Shown here one piece after another: positions 49,344 through 57,432 of a stretch of 64,000 nucleotides of DNA. The position numbers and the translations under genes are program-made. Numbering within the stretch: position 1 is the stretch's first letter; every line of letters begins with the position of its first letter. The notes under the pieces are model-generated. The model ran no database searches. It was not told the origin of the DNA and was given only the letters and a program-made list of their open reading frames with translations. Source of the stretch: Candidatus Bathyarchaeota archaeon (lineage in GTDB: Archaea; Thermoproteota; Bathyarchaeia; Bathyarchaeales; Bathyarchaeaceae); the NCBI GenBank assembly GCA_004376295.1, contig SOJZ01000017.1:14863-78862 (forward strand), in the 5' to 3' direction.

Positions 49344-49393
49344 AAACGTATTAAAGTAGCGACATATAAGAGAGAAGCTTGGAAACTAGAAAA

Positions 49394-50275
49394 ATGAAAA
49401 AATCAGAACTCCCTGATACTCTTGATGATCTCGTGAATGCCTTTGGGAGAGTATATGAAGATATAGATCGAAAGAGAAGCGTGGAGCAAATGTGGCTTCA
49501 AGTGGTTGAAGAAGCTGCGAGTGTTGCTGAAGCTGTAAGAGAAGTAAACTACGTCGAAGTGATCAGTCACTTGGCAAATACTTTTTGCTGGATTTCTGGA
49601 CTAGTTGCAAAATGTCGGGGTGATCCAAACTCAGTACTTCATTTTGAAGAGGATTTCTCTTCGATAGTCTGGAGAAAATATCCAAATATGTGTCCTTTGT
49701 GTGGAGTGCGACCTTGTCAATGTTTGATAAGAAAACGTGAGATTGACAGTCGTTCATCAGAAGAAAAGAATCAAGTTTATGAAAAAGCCGAAAAGAAGGC
49801 ACAAGGGACCATAGAGGATAGGATAAGAGATCTAGATAGACTGGTGAACATGTTTGAAGAGGTTTTTGGCCCTAGTTATTTTGTAATGCCCATTCAAGAG
49901 ATCACGTTCCACTTCACGGAGGAAGTCGGAGAAGTTGCTGAGCAAATCAGAGAGTTGCGAGCTGTGAATATGGCCCCTATTAATGACCGAGAAAAAAGAG
50001 ACCGGAGAGATCGGATCACAAAGGAGTTTCTCAAAGAACTTGCAGACGTATTTTCTTGGATGTGCGGCATCTTAATCAAGGTCAACCTTCTGATTGGAAA
50101 TGTTGATGATATTTTATCAGAATTCGGTCGGTCAGAAGGTTCTTTTCGGAAAATCACATTTTCCGAAACATTACAGAAATACTACATAGACGATGGAAGA
50201 CTCGTTTGCAGAACGTGCAGACGATCACCATGCGATATCAAGAAACACGAAAAGCTTTATCAACTTAGTGAGTGA
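49394..50275 (+). CDS. Tandem MazG-like (all-alpha NTP pyrophosphohydrolase) repeat protein, each repeat followed by a Cys knuckle
   Basis: Repeat 1: VVEEAASVAEAVRE...SHLANTFCW (degenerate), then CPLCGVRPCQC. Repeat 2: FTEEVGEVAEQIRE...LKELADVFSW (canonical EExxE...ExxD), then CRTCRRSPC. ATG at 49394; the track TTG is at 49379. Confidence 0.68.
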   Translation: MKKSELPDTLDDLVNAFGRVYEDIDRKRSVEQMWLQVVEEAASVAEAVREVNYVEVISHLANTFCWISGLVAKCRGDPNSVLHFEEDFSSIVWRKYPNMCPLCGVRPCQCLIRKREIDSRSSEEKNQVYEKAEKKAQGTIEDRIRDLDRLVNMFEEVFGPSYFVMPIQEITFHFTEEVGEVAEQIRELRAVNMAPINDREKRDRRDRITKEFLKELADVFSWMCGILIKVNLLIGNVDDILSEFGRSEGSFRKITFSETLQKYYIDDGRLVCRTCRRSPCDIKKHEKLYQLSE

Positions 50276-50276
50276 A

Positions 50277-51068
50277 ATGACAAAACCCGGTTCCCGTCGG
50301 TCCCTTAGCCGAAGCTTGGACAAATTTGAAACAATCAACGTTAAGAAACTCGGCGAAGATATACGGGCTTTTTTTAGATTTAGCAACGAGAAAATTGTAC
50401 TGACTCAAGAGATCGAAAAAATCATCGAGCCAAAGAGGTCTCACTCGGTTTTAGATGTGGGGTGTGGAGAAGGATATGTAATAAGAAAGATCTATAGAAA
50501 GGTAAACCGCTGTGTCGCCCTTGATCCTGATCATGAAATGTTGGAAATACTGAAGAAACATGTACATGATAATTCGAGAGTAGTATTCATCAATAAGAAA
50601 CTAGAAGACTTTGAGACCACCGAAAGATTTGATGTAACACTTAGTTCTCACACGCTTTCATTTTTTAACGATAAACAAAAAGCGATTAATAGAATGTTAG
50701 ATTACACAAGAAAAGATGGAAAACTAATCATTGTTCTACACTGCAATGCTAGTGAACAGTTGTGGATGCTAAGAGAAATGTTTCATTTAATCAATAGGAG
50801 GGAAATCAATCATATTTATGCCGAAGCTTTGCACAACTATTTGGCCGAAAAAGGTCTCGATCCAAAACTCGAGCGCGTTGAAACAGTTGCTGTTTTTCCT
50901 TCATTGGAGATCCCCTTGAAGCTTAGCTACTTTCTTTTTAGAACTGACTACAACAAAACCAGTAGCCGAAATAAGCTCTCCATTCGCAGATATTTGGAAA
51001 CGAAAATGTACAATCACTCCGTGCATATTCGGGCTCTTCATGGAGTTATCAGCTTGAGAAAGACCTAG
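50277..51068 (+). CDS. Class I SAM-dependent methyltransferase
   Basis: VLDVGCGEGY (motif I), ALDPD (post-I acidic residue), DVTLSSHTL and GKLIIVLH. The ATG at 50277 lies 1 nt after the upstream stop. Confidence 0.75.
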   Translation: MTKPGSRRSLSRSLDKFETINVKKLGEDIRAFFRFSNEKIVLTQEIEKIIEPKRSHSVLDVGCGEGYVIRKIYRKVNRCVALDPDHEMLEILKKHVHDNSRVVFINKKLEDFETTERFDVTLSSHTLSFFNDKQKAINRMLDYTRKDGKLIIVLHCNASEQLWMLREMFHLINRREINHIYAEALHNYLAEKGLDPKLERVETVAVFPSLEIPLKLSYFLFRTDYNKTSSRNKLSIRRYLETKMYNHSVHIRALHGVISLRKT

Positions 51069-51320
51069 GAAAGATCTCATGCAAACTAGAACTTTTATGA
51101 ACCAGCGTATGCCCGAAAAAGCCGAGTTCTGCAACACACCAGGAAAGCTCCACCCACAAAGAACCTCATAAACCAAACCGTGCGGGCGCTTACGTCAAGT
51201 GGGAGGGCTGCGAACCTCGCTCAAGAAAGCGCTCATATGTGAGCAAAAGAGGAAAAGGAGCTTTATATGACCCTATCCTTTTTAGGAAAGATATGTAACT
51301 GTTCGTGAAGGGCGACTGTA

Positions 51321-52238
51321 TTGACAAAAACGATTGGATTTGACGGGCGTGAACACCACTTCTATGTTAGCCCAAAGGCAAGGTTGAAGGCAAATGAGTT
51401 GAAGTTTCCCTTGTCTATCTCGTTGCAGGTTACAAGGACTTGCAATTTAAACTGTGTCTACTGTAGTGAAGTAGGCGACATTCCAACTCCTTCTCTCAAC
51501 ACAACTAAGAAAATGATCTCAAATCTCATTGGAGTGGAAAGAATTATTCTTACCGGCGGAGAGCCATTAATGAGAGATGATCTAATTGAAATAGCTAAAC
51601 ATGCGAAACAATCACAATTTAATATTGTCTCTATAGCGACGAATGCTGTCTTGATTAAACCTGAATTTGCAAAGGATTTGGCAAGTTTTGTTGACTATGT
51701 TGATGTCACAATAGATGGACCAAGAAAGATACACAACAAAATCCGAGGAGAATATGATGCTGCAATGAGTGGAATCAGAAAATTGCAAGATGCCCAAGTA
51801 GCCTTTTCGATTGTTACAGTACTCTTTCGTGAGAACGTTGACAGTATCCTTCATATATGTCAGATAGCCGATGTTCTTGGTGCAAAGAAGCTAAAAATCC
51901 TACCGCCAATTGTCAAAGGAAGAGGGAAGAATGTTCTCTCCAAGCTGTTAAGCCCCAATGAACTCTTAGATACGTTTCAAAAAATAAGATTAGAGAAGGA
52001 AAGAAATGGTTGGACACCAAGAATCACTCTGACCGATTGGGAGAAAGTTGGAGAGGGACATGCGTTACTCGTGCATCCAAATGGAGATGTCGTAGCGTCA
52101 CCAGTTCCTTCTGAAAAAGATTGTATTGAAGTCATTGGGAATATTTTGGAAGAAAAGATCAAATCAATATGGAAGAGATACTCGTATAAAAGAAATCACT
52201 TGAACAAATATATAGAGAAAACGTTGTATGTTTGCTGA
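51321..52238 (+). CDS. Small single-cluster radical SAM protein (305 aa; no SPASM or second Cys cluster); viperin-like layout is a hypothesis
   Basis: TRTCNLNCVYCSE (CxxxCxxC), ILTGGEPLM and SIATNAVLI. The C-terminal third lacks Cys clusters. TTG start. Confidence 0.8.
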   Translation: MTKTIGFDGREHHFYVSPKARLKANELKFPLSISLQVTRTCNLNCVYCSEVGDIPTPSLNTTKKMISNLIGVERIILTGGEPLMRDDLIEIAKHAKQSQFNIVSIATNAVLIKPEFAKDLASFVDYVDVTIDGPRKIHNKIRGEYDAAMSGIRKLQDAQVAFSIVTVLFRENVDSILHICQIADVLGAKKLKILPPIVKGRGKNVLSKLLSPNELLDTFQKIRLEKERNGWTPRITLTDWEKVGEGHALLVHPNGDVVASPVPSEKDCIEVIGNILEEKIKSIWKRYSYKRNHLNKYIEKTLYVC

Positions 52239-52315
52239 AGAATAAAAGCAGGTGAAGGCACATACAAATAGGCAAGTTTCAAAGATGTAAAGATGCAAAA
52301 CTAAAGGGGAAATTT

Positions 52316-52909
52316 GTGGTTTTCGAAGGCCCTCACGCTTCAGGAAAAACTGTACAGGCAAGAATGTTGTGTGAGCATTTACAGAACACAGGGGTTGACG
52401 CGCATTATACTAAGGAACCATACTCTGATGACCTAATCCCTTTAATAAGCAAGTATTCTAAAGGAGACTTAATCCATTCTCCTGTGCTAATGCATCTTCT
52501 GGCTGCGGATAGATACATCCACGTGAGCGATATTATTTCTTGGATTCAAAGGGGAATGTTTGTCATATGTGATAGATACGTTCTTTCAAGTTTGGTTTAC
52601 CAACAAATGCAAGGGATTCCTCTAAACATTGTTAAGGAAACGAATTCTTTTGCCATTAATCCTGACTTGATGTTTTTTGTTAATGTTCCACTGAAAGAAC
52701 GGCTAGCAAGAGTCAAGCGAACACACAAAGAACCACCGACTTTCTTTCTTAGAGATGACAAACTAGTTGAAGAACAAGAATTGTATCAAAGATTGACTAA
52801 CAGTTGGGATGAAGGGCGTTGTGGGAAAATAGCAATCATAAATGGTCACGAAGACATTAATAAGGTTCACAGAACTGTTGTGAATCTAGTGCTAGACAAA
52901 CTCACTTAG
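52316..52909 (+). CDS. Thymidylate kinase family (d)NMP kinase
   Basis: VFEGPHASGKT (P-loop), TKEP, AADRY and CDRYVLSSLVYQ. GTG start. Confidence 0.75.
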   Translation: MVFEGPHASGKTVQARMLCEHLQNTGVDAHYTKEPYSDDLIPLISKYSKGDLIHSPVLMHLLAADRYIHVSDIISWIQRGMFVICDRYVLSSLVYQQMQGIPLNIVKETNSFAINPDLMFFVNVPLKERLARVKRTHKEPPTFFLRDDKLVEEQELYQRLTNSWDEGRCGKIAIINGHEDINKVHRTVVNLVLDKLT

Positions 52910-53765
52910 TTATCCACCGGTCTAATAATCCTGTTGGATTTTCCACAAAGCCGAACCATGCCTCTGGATTTCGAGAAACTTTTCTCAGCCAGATCATGTC
53001 TTCGATTGTATCTGGAGATTCTACGATAAGTGTATAATCGTAACCCATTTCATTCATAACTGCGAGCAAGTAAGGCAAAGGAGGTCTACATGTCTTAACG
53101 CTAAGATGCCTTCTCTCTTGACCATTCTTGTATTCGATTCCACTTCCGTGGAAGTAGAAGTTTCTCAACCCAATTTCGTTTTCCAATCTCGTAACTACAA
53201 GACGAAAATCTTCAAGTCTACGAGGGAATTTTCCATTCGATCTCGCGAAGATGTGTGCCCAATCTATAACTGGAACTGCAACATCAATCGACAAGTCGTT
53301 TACTATGGACAAAACTTCATCTAATGATCCGATTTCAGATTTCTTTCCAGTAGTCTCTATCCCCAAAACAGGAGTTTTGAAATCGCGATGTTCTTTGGCT
53401 AAGTCTATTGCATCATTAATTCCTCTGACTATTGCGTGCCTAAGCTCTTCAAAACTTCTTGTCCCATAATATCCCAGATGGCAAACAGAGATAGTCTGCA
53501 ACTGAGCAGCAAACATTATGCCTTTTGAAATATGTTCAACGGACTGGAGTGTCTTTTCTTCGCTTGACCAACTTATGAAAAATGGGATGTGCCCACTTAA
53601 CTTGATTTTCAATTCTTTGGCCAGTTTTGCTGTTCTTTTGGGGAATTTACTCGGAACACCATATGCAAATCCGATTTCATATGCTTCTACCGAGTTTTCG
53701 CGTAGTTTCTGTAGGAGTGTGTCTATGTCTTTTCCATATCGTCTGGCAACGCCGAAGACTGGCAT
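52902..53765 (-). CDS. Endonuclease IV-like / xylose-isomerase-like TIM-barrel protein
   Basis: Ordered blocks SGHIPFFISW, VCHLGYY, LGIETTGKKSEIGSLDEV, VIDWAHIFA and FHGSGIE...RRHLSV parallel the Nfo metal-ligand blocks. Confidence 0.62.
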   Translation of the reverse strand: MPVFGVARRYGKDIDTLLQKLRENSVEAYEIGFAYGVPSKFPKRTAKLAKELKIKLSGHIPFFISWSSEEKTLQSVEHISKGIMFAAQLQTISVCHLGYYGTRSFEELRHAIVRGINDAIDLAKEHRDFKTPVLGIETTGKKSEIGSLDEVLSIVNDLSIDVAVPVIDWAHIFARSNGKFPRRLEDFRLVVTRLENEIGLRNFYFHGSGIEYKNGQERRHLSVKTCRPPLPYLLAVMNEMGYDYTLIVESPDTIEDMIWLRKVSRNPEAWFGFVENPTGLLDRWITK

Positions 53766-53809
53766 AGCAATACCTGTCTGAGAGTAGTCGCCAATCGCAT
53801 TCTAAAGTT

Positions 53810-54931
53810 TTAGGGTTGTTTGTGGACGTATCCTTTCTCTACCAATCTCTCTAATAGGCGATCGACTGTCGAAAATGTTTCAGCTAGCTCGGATATAAAG
53901 GGACTCTGAGGATCTTCCGGTGGATGGACTGCGAAGGTTTCTACACGACCTGTATTTCTCGCACACTCCAATTCGTACTGTGCACCAGGAGACAGAGCTG
54001 GTCTATATGCAACTACAATGTCACATTGCTTTACGAGGCGCCGGTCTCTAGAGATTATTTGTCCATTTATGTCGCTTATGACAGGGAGAATATCATTCAA
54101 TTCATACTCGATTTCTCCCACTTGTAAGGAATGCTCCGGATGTGCAGATTTGAGATTCTCTACTAATACATCCTGTAGCAGTTTCTCACCAATTGCCATG
54201 GGGTCAAAAACCATGAAATGCGTCTTCAATTTTTTGAGAAATTCAGATGTTTCATTGAAAAGCTTAACATCACGTTTTGCAGTAGTCACGGGGTAGCTTG
54301 CATAAGCTTTCTTCTTGTTTGACTCAAACATCAACTGAAATATTAAAGTAGGAGCTTGATCCAAAGCAATCAAATAATGTGGAATACGTTTCTCAGACAT
54401 GTTTTCGGCAATTTCTTTGGTCACAAGAAATTCTACCTCTCTCCACCACAATATGTCTTTCAAAGAAATGTACTTCACTGAACCAGCGTTTGGGTTGTTG
54501 TAGATACGATCTTTTATGCTATGTACGTTATCGATTAACGTTATGAAAAAATCAGGTTGAAATTCCTTAAGTTTGCTCCAGTCAAGCACACTAAACAAGC
54601 TACTCCTTCTATAGTAGACGGTATGCATTCCCAATATCGCGTTTTTCCCTTCCTTGGATTTTTTGATAATCCTATCAAGGGTCCTATTTTTGGCGTTAAG
54701 GAGTCCCTTTTCCGTGATATCCAAATAGTTCGGAGTCTCAAAGCTCTCGCTACGACACATTTCATGCTCAAGGTCAAATGTAAGATCAACACACGCACCT
54801 TTAAGTGCAGTACTGTCTAGGCTGACGTCCGGATCAACATCGCCTTTTTCCTTTGAGTTGCATAACCTGAAGATTTTTGCAAATAATTTCTCCTTTTTAA
54901 GCCCAGATATACCGGTTATTACCACTCTCAT
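53810..54931 (-). CDS. Two-domain protein: archaeal-adenylate-kinase-like domain with a degenerate P-loop, fused to a DNPH1/nucleoside 2-deoxyribosyltransferase-like domain
   Basis: N-terminus MRVVITGISGLKKEK (no GK[ST]), plus GMHTVYY...FQPDFFITLIDNVHSIKDRI resembling AdkA. C-terminus CDIVVAYRPALSPGAQYELECARNTGR closely parallels the DNPH1 ADVVVAEVT.PSLGVGYELG.A motif with the catalytic Glu. Confidence 0.55.
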   Translation of the reverse strand: MRVVITGISGLKKEKLFAKIFRLCNSKEKGDVDPDVSLDSTALKGACVDLTFDLEHEMCRSESFETPNYLDITEKGLLNAKNRTLDRIIKKSKEGKNAILGMHTVYYRRSSLFSVLDWSKLKEFQPDFFITLIDNVHSIKDRIYNNPNAGSVKYISLKDILWWREVEFLVTKEIAENMSEKRIPHYLIALDQAPTLIFQLMFESNKKKAYASYPVTTAKRDVKLFNETSEFLKKLKTHFMVFDPMAIGEKLLQDVLVENLKSAHPEHSLQVGEIEYELNDILPVISDINGQIISRDRRLVKQCDIVVAYRPALSPGAQYELECARNTGRVETFAVHPPEDPQSPFISELAETFSTVDRLLERLVEKGYVHKQP

Positions 54932-55185
54932 GTGTTAACCCATTAAGTAAGATACAAGAATTTTATTTAAGATTAATCATATGGAACTTGGTCTAGGATA
55001 AACCGGTTGTTCAATTTTTTTGGCATATCACGCGCGAAGGTTGATAAGCGTGGGAAAAATTAATAGCATTATGTGTCATTGAACCGAGAGATGGGGTCTT
55101 TGATAAGTTTCGGAGCATTGCTCAAGGCAGTTTCACAAGACCCAGCTAAAGGTGATTATGCCATAATCCGCAGAGGAGCTATAGA

Positions 55186-55383
55186 ATGCGATGCGCGCGC
55201 GCGCAAATATCTCTTAAAGAGTATAAGGACCGTCATGTCGTAGGTACGCCAGCACAATGCGTGGAAAAAATCAGAGAACTCGTAGATCTTGGTATAACAT
55301 ATGTGGTGGTGATTTTTCCTGATATGAAAGACCTGCAAGTGTTACGACTTTTTAGTGATAAGGTCATCGGTTGTTTTGCGTAG
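55186..55383 (+). pseudogene. C-terminal fragment of a luciferase-like (LLM/F420-dependent) oxidoreductase
   Basis: VVGTPAQCVEKIRELVDLGITYVVVIFPDMKDLQVLRLFSDKVI matches the conserved C-terminal tail of LLM enzymes. No upstream TIM-barrel body is present. Confidence 0.5.
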
Positions 55384-55393
55384 AACCGCACTT

Positions 55394-56362
55394 TTAGTTT
55401 GTTCGTTCAAGCCATAAGGCGCCGAATAGATAGTTTGTGGCTATACCTTTAAAATCCTCGTAGTCCCTGAAAAAAAGGTCTACTTCATCCCACGATATGG
55501 GGCTCCCCTGAAAATATATCAGGGATACGGCCTTCTTTAATGAGATGTCATGTATAGGATAGGCATCAAGTCTTTTTAATCCGTCATACAGAAATATCCG
55601 AGAGGTCCAGTACCCTATACCATTGTATTCTGTAAGCCTCTGAATGATCTTTTGGTCACCAAGTTTTGACAGTTCATGAAGATCTAAATCGCCGGAATCG
55701 ACGTCACACGATAGCTCTTTGACGAGTTTCCATTTATAACCTATGTTGCATTCAGTCAGCTCTCCCTTGGTTGCACTTGACAACACTTTAGGAGACGGAA
55801 AACCATGGTAGCTTTTTCCAGCGATAACCTCTTCAGTACCAAAGCGCAAAACTAGCATCCCAATAAAGCGCCGAGCTACATCGGCGCGTATCAACTGCCT
55901 AATGACCGCTTTTATGAGCGCCTCAAACGGATCTTGCGACAAATAAGGTTTAAGCCCTTTTAGCCTCTTTACTACTTGAAAGAAGTTAGAGTCTTTCGAG
56001 GCTTTTTCATAAAAAGGCAAAAGATCAAGCTCACAACAAAAGACATGACTTATACTATCTTTGACTTCCTCTTCTTCATCGGTACTACAGTCACAAAGAA
56101 GATCGACGACCAAATAGATCTCGTCGTCATCTCTGATCGCATGAACGTGCGTTGGAATGTTCTCGCCAGATCGTGTCCTCACCATGCATCTCCAACCGGT
56201 CGTCGAATAAATATACGGAAGAGGAATAACCTTACCTTCCAACGCTAGACTCTGATAGAGCATGAAATTGAAAGGAGACTTGACGAAAATCTTGGTGGTC
56301 AGGCTATCTGAAGGACAAGATTCTTTAGATAGCAACCTTCTTATCGTTTTAACATTCAACAT
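55394..56362 (-). CDS. HhH-GPD superfamily DNA glycosylase (AlkA/Ogg-like)
   Basis: N-terminal AlkA_N-like domain. EALIKAVIRQLI, the helix-hairpin-helix LTEYNGIGYWTSRIFLL and the downstream Asp in AYPIHDISLKKA. Confidence 0.72.
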   Translation of the reverse strand: MLNVKTIRRLLSKESCPSDSLTTKIFVKSPFNFMLYQSLALEGKVIPLPYIYSTTGWRCMVRTRSGENIPTHVHAIRDDDEIYLVVDLLCDCSTDEEEEVKDSISHVFCCELDLLPFYEKASKDSNFFQVVKRLKGLKPYLSQDPFEALIKAVIRQLIRADVARRFIGMLVLRFGTEEVIAGKSYHGFPSPKVLSSATKGELTECNIGYKWKLVKELSCDVDSGDLDLHELSKLGDQKIIQRLTEYNGIGYWTSRIFLYDGLKRLDAYPIHDISLKKAVSLIYFQGSPISWDEVDLFFRDYEDFKGIATNYLFGALWLERTN

Positions 56363-56514
56363 AGGCCTTCCCTTAGCATTCTCTCAGATGGCAACTTTTC
56401 TCAGGGAATCCATTTCTGCATGAACCCATCTGCCAATAGAAGACAGAACTTTTTAACATTTACGTATTCGATCTAAGAATTCACAACTCTACTTGGCGAT
56501 AAGGTTTTCTTATT

Positions 56515-57432
56515 TTGGTTTTCAAAGGTTATATTCTAGAAATCTGCTTAGGTCTTAGTCATGTGTTCAAAGGCAGAGAATGGAAGGGAGAAGATTTGAG
56601 CTTGGCTAGACAATATACCCAATTAACAACTCTAGAATTGTGGAATGGAGTTGGAACTGGTTTTCGGTACCATATGAGTTGTGATGATACATTCAGAGAT
56701 TTTGTTATGACACAGATGCAGGAAGCAAGGCGAATAAAGACATCTCTAAGAAAGCGAAGTGTTCGTGAGGTCATCAAAAATTTATCCGTGCGCGGAATAG
56801 AAATTGTGGAAGAACTAGTCGAATATGATGCCTCTGATATAGTTGGGCTAATAGGAGAGATTGTGTTGGAAGATTTCGCCACCAATCCGTCTATGGAGCC
56901 GATTTTTCCTAAATGGCGAATAGGAGGAACGAGCAAGTCGCGGGGCATCGATTTGGTTGCTCGAATGAAAATGAATGGACAATGGGTTCTCATATTATGT
57001 GAAGCTAAACACATACACAAGGCAGCGAAAAATTCTAGGCAGGAACTTCGTCATAATCTGATCAAAAGCAGGTTTCGAATAGGTTTAGATGAATTTGAGA
57101 ACGAGAAGACGAAAATCAATCTATTAAATATTGTAATGGGTCTGAATGACATAATAGCGCGTGGAGAAGCGGTAAAATTAGATGTTGAATTGGCTAAAGA
57201 ATACCGCAACTTAATTTCCATGGGGTTAGCTAATGATCGTTATCAGATAAATGTAGTAGTTTTGATAGATGCTAAATATTGTGACGAGACGCTTCTTGAT
57301 AGAAGCATTTCTGAGCTGCCCATTCCAGTAGAGGTAGGTGGGAATCGCCAGATAACTCTAACTCTATTAGAGTCACACTTGATTGAAAAAGCAACTGATG
57401 GGGTGTGTCATAACTTTGTGGGATCGCCTTGA
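56515..57432 (+). CDS. hamA: Hachiman HamA (DUF1837-like PD-(D/E)xK effector)
   Basis: GLIGEIVLEDF, then SRGIDLVA...WVLILCEAKH (D...ExK). About 300 aa, directly upstream of and overlapping a large DExH helicase gene. Start uncertain (TTG at 56515). Confidence 0.68.
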   Translation: MVFKGYILEICLGLSHVFKGREWKGEDLSLARQYTQLTTLELWNGVGTGFRYHMSCDDTFRDFVMTQMQEARRIKTSLRKRSVREVIKNLSVRGIEIVEELVEYDASDIVGLIGEIVLEDFATNPSMEPIFPKWRIGGTSKSRGIDLVARMKMNGQWVLILCEAKHIHKAAKNSRQELRHNLIKSRFRIGLDEFENEKTKINLLNIVMGLNDIIARGEAVKLDVELAKEYRNLISMGLANDRYQINVVVLIDAKYCDETLLDRSISELPIPVEVGGNRQITLTLLESHLIEKATDGVCHNFVGSP

